64,000 nt of DNA, from the NCBI GenBank assembly GCA_964016885.1, contig OZ024740.1, forward strand, positions 263,252,001 through 263,316,000, in the 5' to 3' direction. Numbering within the stretch: position 1 is the first letter of the stretch; every line of letters starts with the position of its first letter. Shown here piece by piece: positions 42,621-60,075 of the stretch. The notes beneath the pieces were generated by a model. That model searched no databases. It saw only the letters and a list, made by a program, of their open reading frames with translations, and was not told where the DNA came from. Origin of the DNA: Eledone cirrhosa. Lineage: Eukaryota. The position numbers were made by a program, and so were the translations under genes.

Positions 42621-43584
42621 TTCTGCGCTTAGCGCTGCGGACTGGGCTGCGTTAACACCGGCGTTCTTAGTTGGATATCAAGTTTCCCATCTGCGGATAA
42701 TAGAGGCTTATTCACTGAAGATAGGTGATTAATTGGACATCAATAACTTGCATTATATATTGTTATATTAGTCAAGGCCCTGAAGAAATCCGGTCGATCG
42801 TACCTTATAATTAAATGCGTTCAAACTGTGATCTTTCAAGGATTTAGAAATGTACACGTCCTTGATGTTTTAAAGGAGACCAACAAGTAATTCCCACATT
42901 GGCTGGAAATAGTAATCTAGGGGTAAATACATCGTCGTTCTCGAAAATAATCATTCAGTTTTTCAACCAATTGGATTCCTTCGTGTGAGCTTAACATGTA
43001 TGCAATTTATTATCCCATAGAGGCGTTTAATCTCAAGGTAAGTCTAAACTAAGTAAGCGAGATACAATGTAACATACCTGGACCAGGGAGAAATAATAAA
43101 CGAAAGAGATATAGAAACCGAAATGGTTAAAGGAAAAATTGAACTCAGTGGGAGATGAACTCAGAGAACTGACAGCCGGAACCTATATTGCAAGGCATCC
43201 TAGATGACGCTCTTACGATTCTGGCAAATCGATGTCTGAAACACTTTATCCAGATGATACTAATGATGTAAGTTGTCAACCTTGTCACTTGTCATGTTTT
43301 TAGTGTTAGTGTACTATACTACTAGCTATTGAATGATGTATTATCAAGTATAATACGCTACCACGAAGAAAGAAAATATTAACTTTTACTCCTATAAGCT
43401 CGTATCCTTGAGTGTTTCGGAAGTTGTGATCTCCTCACCGTTCACAATAGTAATGGCGACGTCGACGTGAAATAAGAGTCATTTGTCAATAAGACAATTT
43501 ACACTGGGTTTACTTTAAAAAGTGGAATTCCATCTACATTATCTTTTCTCTATCTACCTCACTTTCTCTAAATTCCTTTATATT

Positions 43585-43652
<68 letters not shown>

Positions 43653-44553
43653 TCATTCAGTCATTCGTTCCTTATATCATTCTTCCTTCATCACTTTTTG
43701 CTTTCAGTTTAAGTCTCCTAATAGAATGATCAATCTAGCCTAGAGGAGCAATATATTACAAGTATCATATTTGGAGCTCATAACATTTGAAATACAGAAT
43801 CCGTGGATCTTTAATACACACATGAGTTCATATATAATTAGACACATACGTAACTACAATCTTGCTAACATATATACTTACAGACATACGTACACACATA
43901 CATATATACATTCATAAATACATACATATATGCATACATACATGTATACGTACATATATACACACATATATAGATGCATGCATACATACATGGAGTCATC
44001 CATCCATACATATACATAGATAAACACACATTTATTTGTATTGATCCTTAAACAGATACATAAATATATGCAGTATCCATAAATTCATACATACACACAC
44101 CATCATGCATATGTACATATATGCAGTCATCAATAAATACATATATACATACATTCAGTAATTCACCGATCCATCTATACTTAAACACTTCCATCCATCA
44201 ATCCATCTATAAAAATATACATACATAAATGTATTCATATACACATGTATACAAGTAGATATGCGCACACATGCATACATACTTACATATAAATGCAGTT
44301 ATCCATAATTACATACATCATACATATATACATACATCGATCCGCCCATCCATTCATACATATATATATCCATACATACATACAGGCATGCATACATATA
44401 TGCATGTATACATACATAGATACATACGTGGATACATATATACATACATACATGCATGCATGTATACATACATACATATATGCATGTAAACATACATACA
44501 TATCTATGTATGTATCTATGTACATATATAGATACATACACAGACACATATAT

Positions 44554-44996
44554 GGTGGCTGCCAACTCGTTTTCGAGTACGGCCACTACTTCATATCCAT
44601 GTAGGAGAACCCCTACTAATGCGCTGAACGAGTGTGACTTTTTTGTCCAGCCAGTGCCTTGAAAACTCTGGACCAACTCTGGTACAAACACTGCACATAT
44701 ATACGTTCATACATACATACCTAAATACATACATACATGTATACATACATATATGCATGCATACATACATGCATGTATACATACATACATGTATATATGT
44801 ATGCATACATACATACATACATACATACATACATACATACATACATACATACATACATACATACATACATAGTGGCTACTAACTCGTTTTCGAGTACGGC
44901 CACTACTTTATATCCATGTAGAGTTGCCAGTTTAGTCGCCAACGACCCGACCATGAGACAGGTTTTACTGGGATACATGTTACCAGTAGCACCAAC
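44554..44996 (-). mobile_element. Two short RTE-derived copies in (CATA)n (44554-44696 3' end only; 44871-44996 5'+3' fusion)
   Basis: Match the ends of 45131-45737. Confidence 0.7.
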
Positions 44997-45130
44997 ATAC
45001 ATACATACATACATGTATACATACATATAGGAATGTATACATACATACATGCATGTATACATACATACATGTATATATGTATGCATACCTAGATACATAC
45101 ACACATGTAAACGTAGCTACATACATACAT

Positions 45131-45737
45131 GGTGGCTGCCAACTCGTTTTCGAGTACGGCCACTACTTTATATACATGTAGGAGAACCCCTACCGATGCG
45201 CTGAACGAGTGTGACTCTTTAGTTCAGCCAGCGACTTGAAAACTCTGGTACAAACACTACACTTGTGACAATTATTGACACCTAGTGCTGGGCCCATGGT
45301 ACCATGTGATGACAAGTGTAGAGATATATCCAGATATAAAGCAATGCCTCTGCCGTGAAGCTTTTATAGTGAACAAAGGCACTGCACAAAGCCAGTCCCA
45401 CTCTCGTAACCAAGATGATATTTACCAAAAAGAAGAACAAGTCAACATCATTGGATACCATCAGGGTTGCAGGTGTTATATCAGAGTTTTCCTTCTCCTA
45501 GAATTCTGCCTTGACAAAGGCTAAGGGGTCATCTCTCCCGGTGATTTTGGATGGCCATTGACTCTTAAGAGCTCCTTTGCCCTTTGACAGGTTTTGTTTT
45601 TAGTCCTGCAGCATGTCCAAAGTCACCCTCCTCACCAAGAAAGCTTGGTGGGGTTGCCAGTTTAGTCGCCAACGACCCGACCATGGGACAGGTTGTACTG
45701 GGATACATGTTACCAGTAGCACCAACTGGTGACCTGA
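45131..45737 (-). mobile_element. Internally deleted (bipartite) RTE-type non-autonomous retroelement with (ATGT)n tail
   Basis: C2H2 finger HKCSVCTRVFKSLAELKSHTRSAHR* at 45190-45267, as at RTE C-termini. Central part is homologous to 63720-63810 (DLFFF..RVGL, AP-endonuclease-like). 5' region contains CTGGCAACCCCACC. Confidence 0.62.
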
Positions 45738-45974
45738 CATACATACATACATGTATACATAGCTACATACATATATATACATGCACTCATCCATAAGTAC
45801 ATACATGTTTTACGCTCAATTAGGAACAAGTTGTAATATCTGCTGATAGAGTTGTATAGTTGCCTGATTATGAAATTATATGTAATCTTCAGTGACAGGG
45901 AATCAATCAACTTACTCCTTCGTTCTTTTCTCCCATAACATAACAATTCCATTTCAGCATCCTTACCATCAATA

Positions 45975-46199
45975 TGTTCATCATCATCATTAGTGTCATT
46001 GTCAGAGTCGTCATAGTCGTCATCACCATCATTGCCATTCTCCTCCTCCTCAACGTCACAATCATTATCATCATCATTATCATCAGCATCATCATCACCA
46101 ATATTATCATCAACATCATTATCCTCCTCATCATCATCGCCATCTCCATCGTCATCATCATCATCATCATCTCCGTCGTGATCTTCGACATCATCTTCG

Positions 46200-46235
<36 letters not shown>

Positions 46236-46260
46236 TCATTATCTTTATCACAATCATCTA
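45975..46260. repeat. Degenerate (ATC)n/(GTC)n microsatellite
   Basis: Read directly from the sequence. Confidence 0.9.
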
Positions 46261-46803
46261 CTTCTATATCGGCGTCATTTTATATGATACCATCATTTTG
46301 TTGCTAACATCTGCCCACATGTTCAAGTGACATCTCCTTCATGGATGTCTACTGTATTTACCTATGTCTTACATGTTTGCTTACCTTTCTATTTTTGTTT
46401 GTTTGTTTGTTTGTTGGTTTCTTTCTTTCTCAGCTAAGTGATATAATAATATAATCAACATTCTGAAAATAAATAACAAAAAATTCCAAGTAATCAGTAT
46501 TAGTTGATCAAGCAATCGACAGATAGTGATTGAAAGAGACATAAGCACTCCACGAGGTGGGTACCATAAGTTATTATATATATGCTATCAGACGGACTGC
46601 CAACATCATGTTCCATACTATGGCATATATATCAAACATAAAAACAAAATAATATTGCGCATAAATTCCTGTCTGATGCCAATGCATCGCATGTTTATTG
46701 CACAACAAATTGGATGTCTTTGAAATGTATATAACTGGCTGATCTAATTAACTGAACATACATACATGTTACCCTCTCTCTTCTTTTATATGATATATAT
46801 ATA

Positions 46804-46990
<187 letters not shown>

Positions 46991-47249
46991 CGAAGGAAAT
47001 GTGGTAAGGAACCAGGTGAACCATAACGCACCAAAGTACTCAATACTTGGGGTAGTAGAGTGGGTAATAGGAACCAGGAACTAATCAGAATTAGCCGTCG
47101 AAACGGCTTGAGCTCCGCTGTCGGGGTCTTACTGGTTCCTATATGTATATATATATATATATATATTATATTTATATCTACATATATATATAATTTATAT
47201 ATATATATATATAATATATATATATATAATATATATATATATAATATAT

Positions 47250-47294
<45 letters not shown>

Positions 47295-47323
47295 TATATA
47301 TAATATATATATATATATATAAA

Positions 47324-47355
<32 letters not shown>

Positions 47356-47740
47356 TATATATATATATACATATATTTATATATATACATATATATATAT
47401 ATATTTATATATCTGTAAGTCGTTTGGAAGCCTCGAGAATGCAAATGGGTAAATCTCCGGGTAACAAGGTCCGGTGGTGGAGAGAGAGATGTAAGTGGGT
47501 GTACGTTGAGATGCGTCGTGTGTATAAGATGTGTTAGATGTGTAGAATGAAGGAAAGAGTATAAAGGATAAAAATAACAACACAAGAGAGAGTTACCTTG
47601 GGAGAGATTTAATAGTCCCTATATATTTCGGATTCACATCCATCAACTGGGATTTTTTTCCGGGGTGGGGGAAAAGGTTGTCTGTCGGACGACCCTTTCC
47701 CCCACCATTATATTTATATATATATATATATACATATATT

Positions 47741-48128
<388 letters not shown>

Positions 48129-48189
48129 GAAGTAATCCCATCGGAAAAGTCCAGGAAAAAAGAGTGCTCTATGTAGGCAACAGAGCTTA

Positions 48190-51356
<3,167 letters not shown>

Positions 51357-51359
51357 AAT

Positions 51360-51798
51360 ATATACAATATATTAACAAATTGAAACTATATTTATAAAAC
51401 CATATTTATTTCATTATACATATTTCAAGGGCCACCAGAGAAAACTATGGTGCGCTTTCATCAGATAAAATAAATATAGGTTAGTTTTATGAATAAATAT
51501 TGACATACCCTTAAAGAATGCAACCATTCTGGTTGGAATCTCCTGAATGGTTGAATTTTTTAAAGGTATGTCAATGTATATTTATAATACTAACCTATAT
51601 TATATTTTATCTGATGAAAGCGCACCATAGTATGCTCTGGTGACCCTTGAAATATGTATAATGAAATAAATATGGTTTTATAAATATAGTTTTCATTTGT
51701 TAATATATTGTATATTTACTCCAATAATTTGTTGAGTGCCTTATATCAGTTATAAACATATTTTGCTTGTTGTATCCCAACAAATTAAATATAACTTC

Positions 51799-51800
<2 letters not shown>
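51360..51800. mobile_element. Fold-back PLE terminal fragment (arms 51360-51529 and 51546-51715) with two opposed HHRs
   Basis: HHR UAUUUUAU-CUGAUGA-aag..CACCA..UGGUG..cuu-GAAA-UAUGUA-UA-AUGAAAUA at 51603-51668 (+) and 51407-51472 (-). Related to the 31647 family. Confidence 0.82.
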
Positions 51801-51858
<58 letters not shown>

Positions 51859-52000
51859 AATATGTGTTGTGTATGTATCGGACTGTGTACTTGTGTGTGT
51901 ATACATATTTATGTATAGACAGAACGATATATATAAGGGCGGTGCCCCAACATGGCCTCAGCCGGACGGCTGGAACAGGTAAAAGAGTAAAAATGAAGAG

Positions 52001-52051
<51 letters not shown>

Positions 52052-52054
52052 TTA

Positions 52055-53318
52055 CACTCAAGTGGTTTTGAAATGTTTATTGGAGGGACATTCATTTAAC
52101 CTAGATCAGCATAAACTTATAATCTCCTTCAAAGTAGGAAACTCCAAATTCAAACCACTGCATGTAGCGCTCCACCATTTTCTGGTAGGCCCATTTGCAG
52201 TCTACCAAAGTGAAGGTTTTGCTGGAGCTTGTTTCAGCCCCCTTCACCTCCAATCTCGCAAAACGGATACGCTTGAGCCTCACCTTCAGCTTCCGGAACA
52301 TTCAGGAGTCGCATAGGCTATCTTGATTGTAGGGACGATGAGAGCCAGACTTGATCCCCATATCGGCCAACTAGTTGTTAAGCAGGATGGATTTGTGACT
52401 GGGGATATTTTCCTGGTGCAGGTGCCATTGACCAGATTCGAAGAGTTCTGGTCACCCGCCACAAAATCTTTTTTCTGAAATGATTCAACACCTCTACATA
52501 GTAATCTTTGTGAACTGTCTAGCGCTGGGGGTACCAGTGGATGTAGATGATACCCTTGCTCTAGTAGAATGGGATAATTATGAGTTTTCCATTGGACCTG
52601 CTTTGCGTGGCCTTCTAGGGCCTTGGGGAGTCAGAATATTTCCACTGGGCACTCTTGGTCTCTGGAGCATAACAGTAGACCCAGCTTATAAGAAACTCAA
52701 GGCAGCTGGATTCAAAGTAATCCACATGACCATCTCCATACTGTCATCAACGTGCCTTTGTCTTTGAAATTCATTAAGCACACTGGGAAATAAACTTTAC
52801 ACGAAATTTTCACATGTTCAGATCGTCATGAATGATTCTATGAATAGTACCTCAGCCACTTCAACTTGTTTAGCAATCGCCAGAAGAGATGGTCGATGGT
52901 CTCCGTCCAGAGACTTGCGAACTTTGCCGAGCAGCTCTGCGTACTGATATCCTCTCCCTGACTCTTCTCGTCCCTCACCTTTTCTCAGCCCTCCTGGAAC
53001 TGCTTGTGCCAGTGGAAAAAAGTTGCCCCGCTCATGAAAGTTATTTCCTGAACAGTGTTAACAATTTGATAGGTTTCTTCAACGCTTTTACTGAGCTTGA
53101 CACAAACCTTTATTGCATATCAAGCCTACAACTTATTCTCACATCCCGACTGCATTATGAAACTAGTCACATGTGACAAACATGTATGACGGGAAGTGTT
53201 TAAAGTGGACAAAAATATTTGGCATGTTAGCTTATTATAACCATATCAATGATGTATTACAGTGACAGTTACATAGGTCAATTAAAATTGCCTGAAATGT
53301 CTCAAAACTTCTTGAGAG
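52055..53318 (-). mobile_element. Full-length degenerate mariner (Tc1/mariner) DNA transposon
   Basis: About 1.26 kb, TA on both flanks, imperfect TIRs CACTCAAGTGGTTTTGA and TCAAAACTTCTTGAGAG. Remnants FHWHKQFQEG, TIHRIIHDDLNM, WVYCYAPETK..QWK..SPRP, YYVEVL, WHLHQENIPSH, HRPYNQD..CD, YFEGD. Confidence 0.88.
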
Positions 53319-53349
53319 TACTTTGCGTGTGTGTGTGTGTATATATATA

Positions 53350-53413
<64 letters not shown>

Positions 53414-53419
53414 TATAAA

Positions 53420-54426
53420 TTCAGCGAGAATCGCAGTTCGGCGGGTGGAAAAAGCAAAATGAAACGCAAATCAGAGTTATGCTGGCAAGCCCTCAATAGT
53501 TAAAAAACCAGAGCTAAACAATACGGTAAAACGCCATACAAACTGAAAAAGTGGTCAAGAAGGCATTAATCACCTAAGTCAAAAAACAAATTAAGCTAAA
53601 CAGGTCAAACAAAATAAATGATTAAAAAAGACCTGGACCCATTGGAATTGATGGTAAAATCCAAATGCAGGGTTTCTATGACACCTACATCAATAAGACT
53701 GTCTGCTTAAAACTAAAAGATGTTGGTATAATGATCGAACAAAGAATATCACGTTATCAACAGGTATTTTGTTCTGTACCAACTTTGTGAATGACGTAGA
53801 GCCTTGTAAAAGCACATGTGGGTAAAAACCCAGATTTTGGCAAATTAATTCAGTATGTGTAAATCATGCAAAAAATTGCATAAATAGAACAAATCGAATA
53901 AGCACTCAACCAGGTAGTTTTTAAAATAAGCTTATGCAATTAATCTGTCAATAGAATTATTAACAGGTTAATTGTAAGACTCGGGAGATTAATACAAATA
54001 TAAATTCATCGAGAATTTTTCACTTGGAAAAATTTGTCAGCATTTTCTTTTCCATTTTACTTATATATATATATATTTAAAGGTTAAACGAGGTTCAATG
54101 AATAAATCAAAGAATGAGTTTTACAATAGATTGGAAGCACTCAACAGTAGAAGTTTTCCGGATTTATTTATATTAATTTAAAATATTAACAAAAATAGAA
54201 CTTCTTGTTATAGTATAATAAAATCTACTTGATCACAAGAAGTTCGATTTTTGTTAATATTTTAAATTAATATATATATATATAAAAAATGCTGACAAAT
54301 TTTTCCCATTGAAAAATAGTTTAATTTGGAATAAGTATAACTTAGTAATAAGTATTAATTAGTATTCACTTTTTGTTTTAAGTTTTTACCGGTTGCGCAT
54401 TTCTAATGCTTTTCAAAAATAATTTT

Positions 54427-54474
<48 letters not shown>

Positions 54475-55067
54475 CGTATATACACGCACGTATATATATA
54501 TATACGTATATATATATTAAAAAATAGATGTGTGACACATGAGTTTAACCATTTAACCATATTTAACCATTCTGTCAAGAGCTTTATTCGATTTGTGATA
54601 TTTTGCATTCTCGCAATATTATACACAACTGAATTCATTCGCTTAATATAAGTGTTACCTCCCTTGCTGAACTCCACGTGGGGTCAGTAATAGTCACACT
54701 TATGTATAGCATTTGGAGCAAAAACCCGTTGATAACACGGCTTCCTTGTTCAATCATCTTACCAGAAGCCTAACATTCTTTATGTAGGCGGACAGTACCT
54801 GATTTATGGAGTCGCAGAAACCCAAATACTGGATTTTACCAACCGTCCAGGGGTCCGGGTAAATTTTCAATCATATATATTTTTATTGTTTGACCCGAAT
54901 TACTTGGTCGTTTGTTTTGGCTGTGCGGATGATTTGTTTAACCACCATCTCAGTGTGTTTGGCCCTTAACGTATGTTGTAGCTCTGATTCATATGAATCA
55001 TCGAGCGCTTGCCACACATCTCGGAAGTTGTTTTTCGTTAATCCCTGAGCTGAAATACGATTCTCGC

Positions 55068-55070
<3 letters not shown>
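53420..55070. repeat. Old diverged inverted repeat (about 53420-54050 and 54285-55070) with a nested fold-back (54080-54274)
   Basis: Colinear reverse-complement blocks, e.g. GGAAAAATTTGTCAGCATTTT / AAAATGCTGACAAATTTTTCC and CAAATCGAATAAG / TTATTCGATTTG. The nested piece matches 31700-31850. Confidence 0.65.
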
Positions 55071-55151
<81 letters not shown>

Positions 55152-55445
55152 GTATATACAAATTGGTATATATAAATATAAATAGAGAGAAGTGAATAGA
55201 TAGATAGGTATAAAGCAGGATATAGCCTCCTTTGAGTACAATTGTTTCTCTGTCTATTTAAGGCAGTTCGCTGCACGAGAGACTACACCTACTCAATTAT
55301 GTACAAGATTAAGTGAATGGGAAGCCAGAGAATTAATGGTACGTAAATAACACCACAGATTAATAAATATCAATATATCACAACAATTCCCAAAGATTGA
55401 GTGCTCTACTATCTTTGGATATTCTTTACCAAATTACACTACACC

Positions 55446-55501
<56 letters not shown>

Positions 55502-58409
55502 ATACATATATATTTATGAGTGTGTGTGTATACACGCACATATATATATATATGTGTGTGTGTGTATATATATATATACCAGTGTGCATGTGTGCATATA
55601 TGTATATGTGTGTGTGAAATCCTCTTTATGAATGCATGTATATGCGGACAATCTTTTTACATTCTTGTTCTTTTCCCTGTAAATATTGCCTAATAAAGAT
55701 ATAGAGAGGGGCGGGGGGGTGAAAAATATTACATATAAAAACTAGTATCACATCTACGAAACGAGAATAAAGGCACCACTGCAAGCTATGTGTAAGTAAC
55801 TTACACAGATGTTAAGTTTCTCGCTTATATAGTTACCTTATCTCTTTCAATAAACTATTATATTCCTTTGCCGACATGTAAGTGAAATTAACGGTTCCAG
55901 AAGGCGACCGGCTTGCGGGTTATTATGACTTCTTAAGTTGCAAATAATCTGACGTTCAATGAAAATTGCTTGAAGGTATGTAGGCATCAAACATTTTCAC
56001 TTTTGCAATATGGTATATCAAAAGTTGTTACAGACAAAAAATATGAATATATGTATGTACAGGCACACACACACACATATACATATATATATATACATAT
56101 TTAATATGTGGAAAATATTGAGATGAAAAAGTATAATTCGCAGCCTATAAAAACAGTACAAAAATGCTTTGATCTCTTCATCAAAGACAGAACATTATTA
56201 TTATCTTTTTTTTTTTTGCTGTAGTACTTCATAGATTTTTTCGATCGATAAAAGAAAAAATGTTGGAGTCGAGATGAACATAAAAAAATCAATCAAGACA
56301 GAATTATTACATATAAGTTCATTATCCATAAGTGTTGATGTATACCTTAGAAATAGTGTTTAAGTAATGTGACGTGAAAGAAGTTATCGTCTTTTTACTA
56401 AGCTTGCCACAAGATTTTTTTTTTTTTTCACTTTTTGGCAATGAGGCAGAATACGTTTTCAATATATAGTCTTCTTAACATAACAACGCTCTAGTTATCT
56501 CGTATAATTCATGCAGTACCTTTTTAGCTGCATGTCTGTAGAGAAGGATAATTTGTAATCATATTTGTTCCTTTTTTCTCTTTTCTTTCTATTTCGTTCT
56601 GTTGAAAGGAAATGTGTGCTCTTTCTGTATTTTTTTGGCGCTAGAAAGATAAATCATGTGAAAAAGTATACAAATGAAAAAGTTTCAAATTCATACGAAA
56701 AAGAAAACGTTATCAAAAATTGTTACCTATTCAATAACATTTACGCTTGAAAAATTCAAATATATAAACAAATCCTCAAAACTTTCCTGACTTTTATGAC
56801 AAAATATCTATTTACCATTGAAGCATAGGATACCATAATGTTTGTTTCTTTGCATTCAATTTCAAGCGTGAAAATAAAACCTAAATAAACGTGGCTGCTT
56901 TTGTGGTGTCTGAGTCTGGTTGAAAGTACATAGGAACATATATTCACACTGATGATCTGATCCGAATGATTGTAACTGAATGGACTAACATCTTCTTGAT
57001 GTTATTGTTATCGTGATTGTTGCTATTATCAACATCCTTATCAATGTTACTCTGGTCGTCTGAATAAATATAATGATGCTTTTACCAAATGATATTTGGC
57101 ATTTATCCGGTTGTTGAGGATTGTCAAGCTCACGTAAACGCACCGAAATTTCTCATGGGCAGTTCGAAACCTGGTTATATAGACGCCTCCAGCATCTTAA
57201 GGGGGCTGGTTTACTGTATTATTGGCAACCGCAACTTTAGTTTAATCTGGGTATTAAAATCTTGCTGCGTTTAATATAGCCCTAGTCCCATCAAACTCTG
57301 AATGAATTCAAAGCTTGCAATTAGCGGTTCTAGATCTCCATGCGTTATGGAATACACTGCTTTTATTTGAATGGAACGAAAATTTTAATTAGGATTCTTT
57401 CTTAATTAAAATGCATACCTATGCACTCATAAGTTAACAATGAAGCTTTGAAATGCGTTAACATTCTTACAGAAATATGTCATATTATTTTAATGAAAAT
57501 GTATGAGAAATAGATATATAGTTGCTGCTATATTGAAACAAGCAATAGCAGATGGTTTAAATTAAATTAAACATAGAGTAATTGTTTTCATCATGAATTT
57601 TATTTACTTTTCCTTTTCTGTATCATCGTAAGTGCAAGGTGTCAGTCTGGGTGAGAATTTATTCCACATTTGACAGTTGAAAAACGTTTGTCTCATTAGA
57701 GGAGACACCAGTGACTCGCAAAGTATTCTCCAGTGTGAGAACATTAGCAGGCATAGTGAAACATTTGCTAATTAATTCCTGTATGTAAGGATGTACTGAA
57801 TGACGCACGTAAAATTTCTAAATAAATTGAAAATGTTCTCTTAGTTTAAGAAAGTAAAAGAACATTCCTAATGTCTGACAAAGAAACTGTTTCTGTTCGA
57901 ATTTTCCCTTGTTAATACCATCTGCCATTATGGTCAGGACAAGTTTCGACTTACTTCTGCTAACATTCAACCTAATACACTCCCCTCGTGGTCGAGAGGT
58001 TGGAAACTGAACTGGCTTCCCCACCAGGCACTAGTCTGGTCAGGAGGGTAAGTGGAACCCAAGCAGCACAAAATATCAAGAGTTGTTAAAGTGCTAATGG
58101 ATACTTCAGAATCAACGGCCATTCACTCTAACTATGGGTTAAATACCCTCACCAGGCCGCAATTCGACAAGAATGATGAGTACGACTACACGCCTGACAT
58201 GACTAAAATCAAACAGAAAGCGGCGGAGGTCAACCAAATGGAGGATCCTCCAAGAAAAGCAATGAGAAGCCCTGGTTTGAAATGGTATGTTATCTGTCCA
58301 TCGCAAGCTGAATGAAGTGAGATTTGACCAGAAGACGCGTAGAGTCAGATAAGATGCCATAAAGCCCGTCAGACTGATAAATATTGTTGCCAAAACATTA
58401 CATCTGGAT

Positions 58410-59365
58410 TGGCGTTTTATTCATCGGCCTCGAACGGATGTCGAGCAAAGTTGATCTTGGCGGGATTTGAACTCAGGGCGCAGACAGTCGGAGCAAATCC
58501 CGAAGCGCATAACCTGATTTATTAACGACTCCTCCTATACGCCTAGGATAATCCTTAGTTATTATTAAAGATAATATCACAGATCTTTAAATGTTCAAGT
58601 TTACGAAAGGTGTTGTCTTGATGCTGCATTGTATATTGCAGTCCCTATTCATCAAACAATACAACTTATTGCTAAATACGCACATCATTATTAATATTAA
58701 TATTAGTATTTAAAAACTATATTGATCTTAGGGTGTTAGGTCACTCGGCATCTTAACGGTTTACTTTATGATAATTCATTAGGAACATCATAACTTAGTG
58801 TGATAGGGGGAGGGCTGAGTGGTATATAATCACTAATTCCATCTATTGGAAACAATGACAACTTTGCTATGGTCAAATTTGTTTGTAAAATCTTACAGCC
58901 CATAAAATAAGTATCAGGTATATAGTTAAATTGCTTCAGTTTCTCGATTCGCTAACATATCCCCCAAATCCCAGGTCATATATTTAAATTGTGTTTTGGA
59001 TGGAAGTGGTGAAAAATTGCGCTATTTTCTCAATTTACTAACATATCTGGAAAATTCAGATTGATGCATGCCTGATTCCGCACCGCCCAAAGAAAACCGT
59101 ACTGATATACGGCGTTTCTAGGGCATTTTGAAATATGGTGGAATCCATCTCCTCTCTAGACCTGAGTATAGCTGATTTCTTCAAGCGAAGGTTAAAGGGT
59201 AAGATAATGGAATTCAGAAAAAATATAGAAAAGTCGACCCCAGTACTAGAATGGTACGTTTTATATTGATCTTGAAAGGGTTAAAGGCAAAGGTGATTTC
59301 GGCAGGAATTAAACGCAGAGAGTAGAGAGCCGAAACGAGTACCGCAAAGTATTCTATCCCGCTTT
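58410..59365 (-). mobile_element. Two old SINE copies (about 58410-58545 and 59230-59365)
   Basis: GGCGGGATTTGAACTCAG and GTCGACCCCAGTACT..TGGTAC..AAAGGCAAAG. Confidence 0.6.
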
Positions 59366-60075
59366 CAAACGTCTTCCCCAGTCATCTCAATGTTAGCCAG
59401 TGGGTGTTAATTTCCAGTCTGTTGTCGGTTTGGGCTATGTGTTTGGCTATTAGATTAACATTCTTTGATTTAGAGACTACCAGAATTCCTAACCTTGGCT
59501 TCGATGGCACTTATGCTATCTTTATTTGTGGATCATCACTTTTCTGTGCTTATAAAAAAATAACATGTGTGTATGTTGTGATGTTCTTCAGCACGGATGT
59601 GTAGTAGTCAGGTCATGCTGCGGATATAAAACTAAGTGCATGTTCGTGGATTGGATATGCTATACCAAATGGGTCCGCTGATACACATCCGTGTTGCAGG
59701 TGAGGTAGATCGACAGCGCTTCTGTTTCTTCAGGCCGCATTTTTAAAACGTTTTTCCCCAATGGAGCTAGTGTATTTTAGATATATATTCTATCCTTCTC
59801 TTGCGGATAGCCACAGGTATTTAGTCATTGAATTGTGGCAACTTAAGGAAACAGGCGTTGAAATATGTTTTGTATTTCTTGGGATTAGTGCGCCCTGACG
59901 ACGATTGGCAATGAATGCTGGCCATCAGTTAGACTCTAGCACCTAGAAATGATTGTATATATGGCTCGAACACCCACCTTTATACTGAGGGGAAGGATTG
60001 ATCTGTATTGTACAAACAGGTCTCTGCAGGCAGCATTGCTGTCGAGGTTGGTGTGAATATCATCTGCTGTCATTA

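Noticed and set aside
57960-58400. ORF 58052-58315 as a gene
   Set aside because: No recognisable domain. Possibly a decayed LINE remnant but too weak to call.
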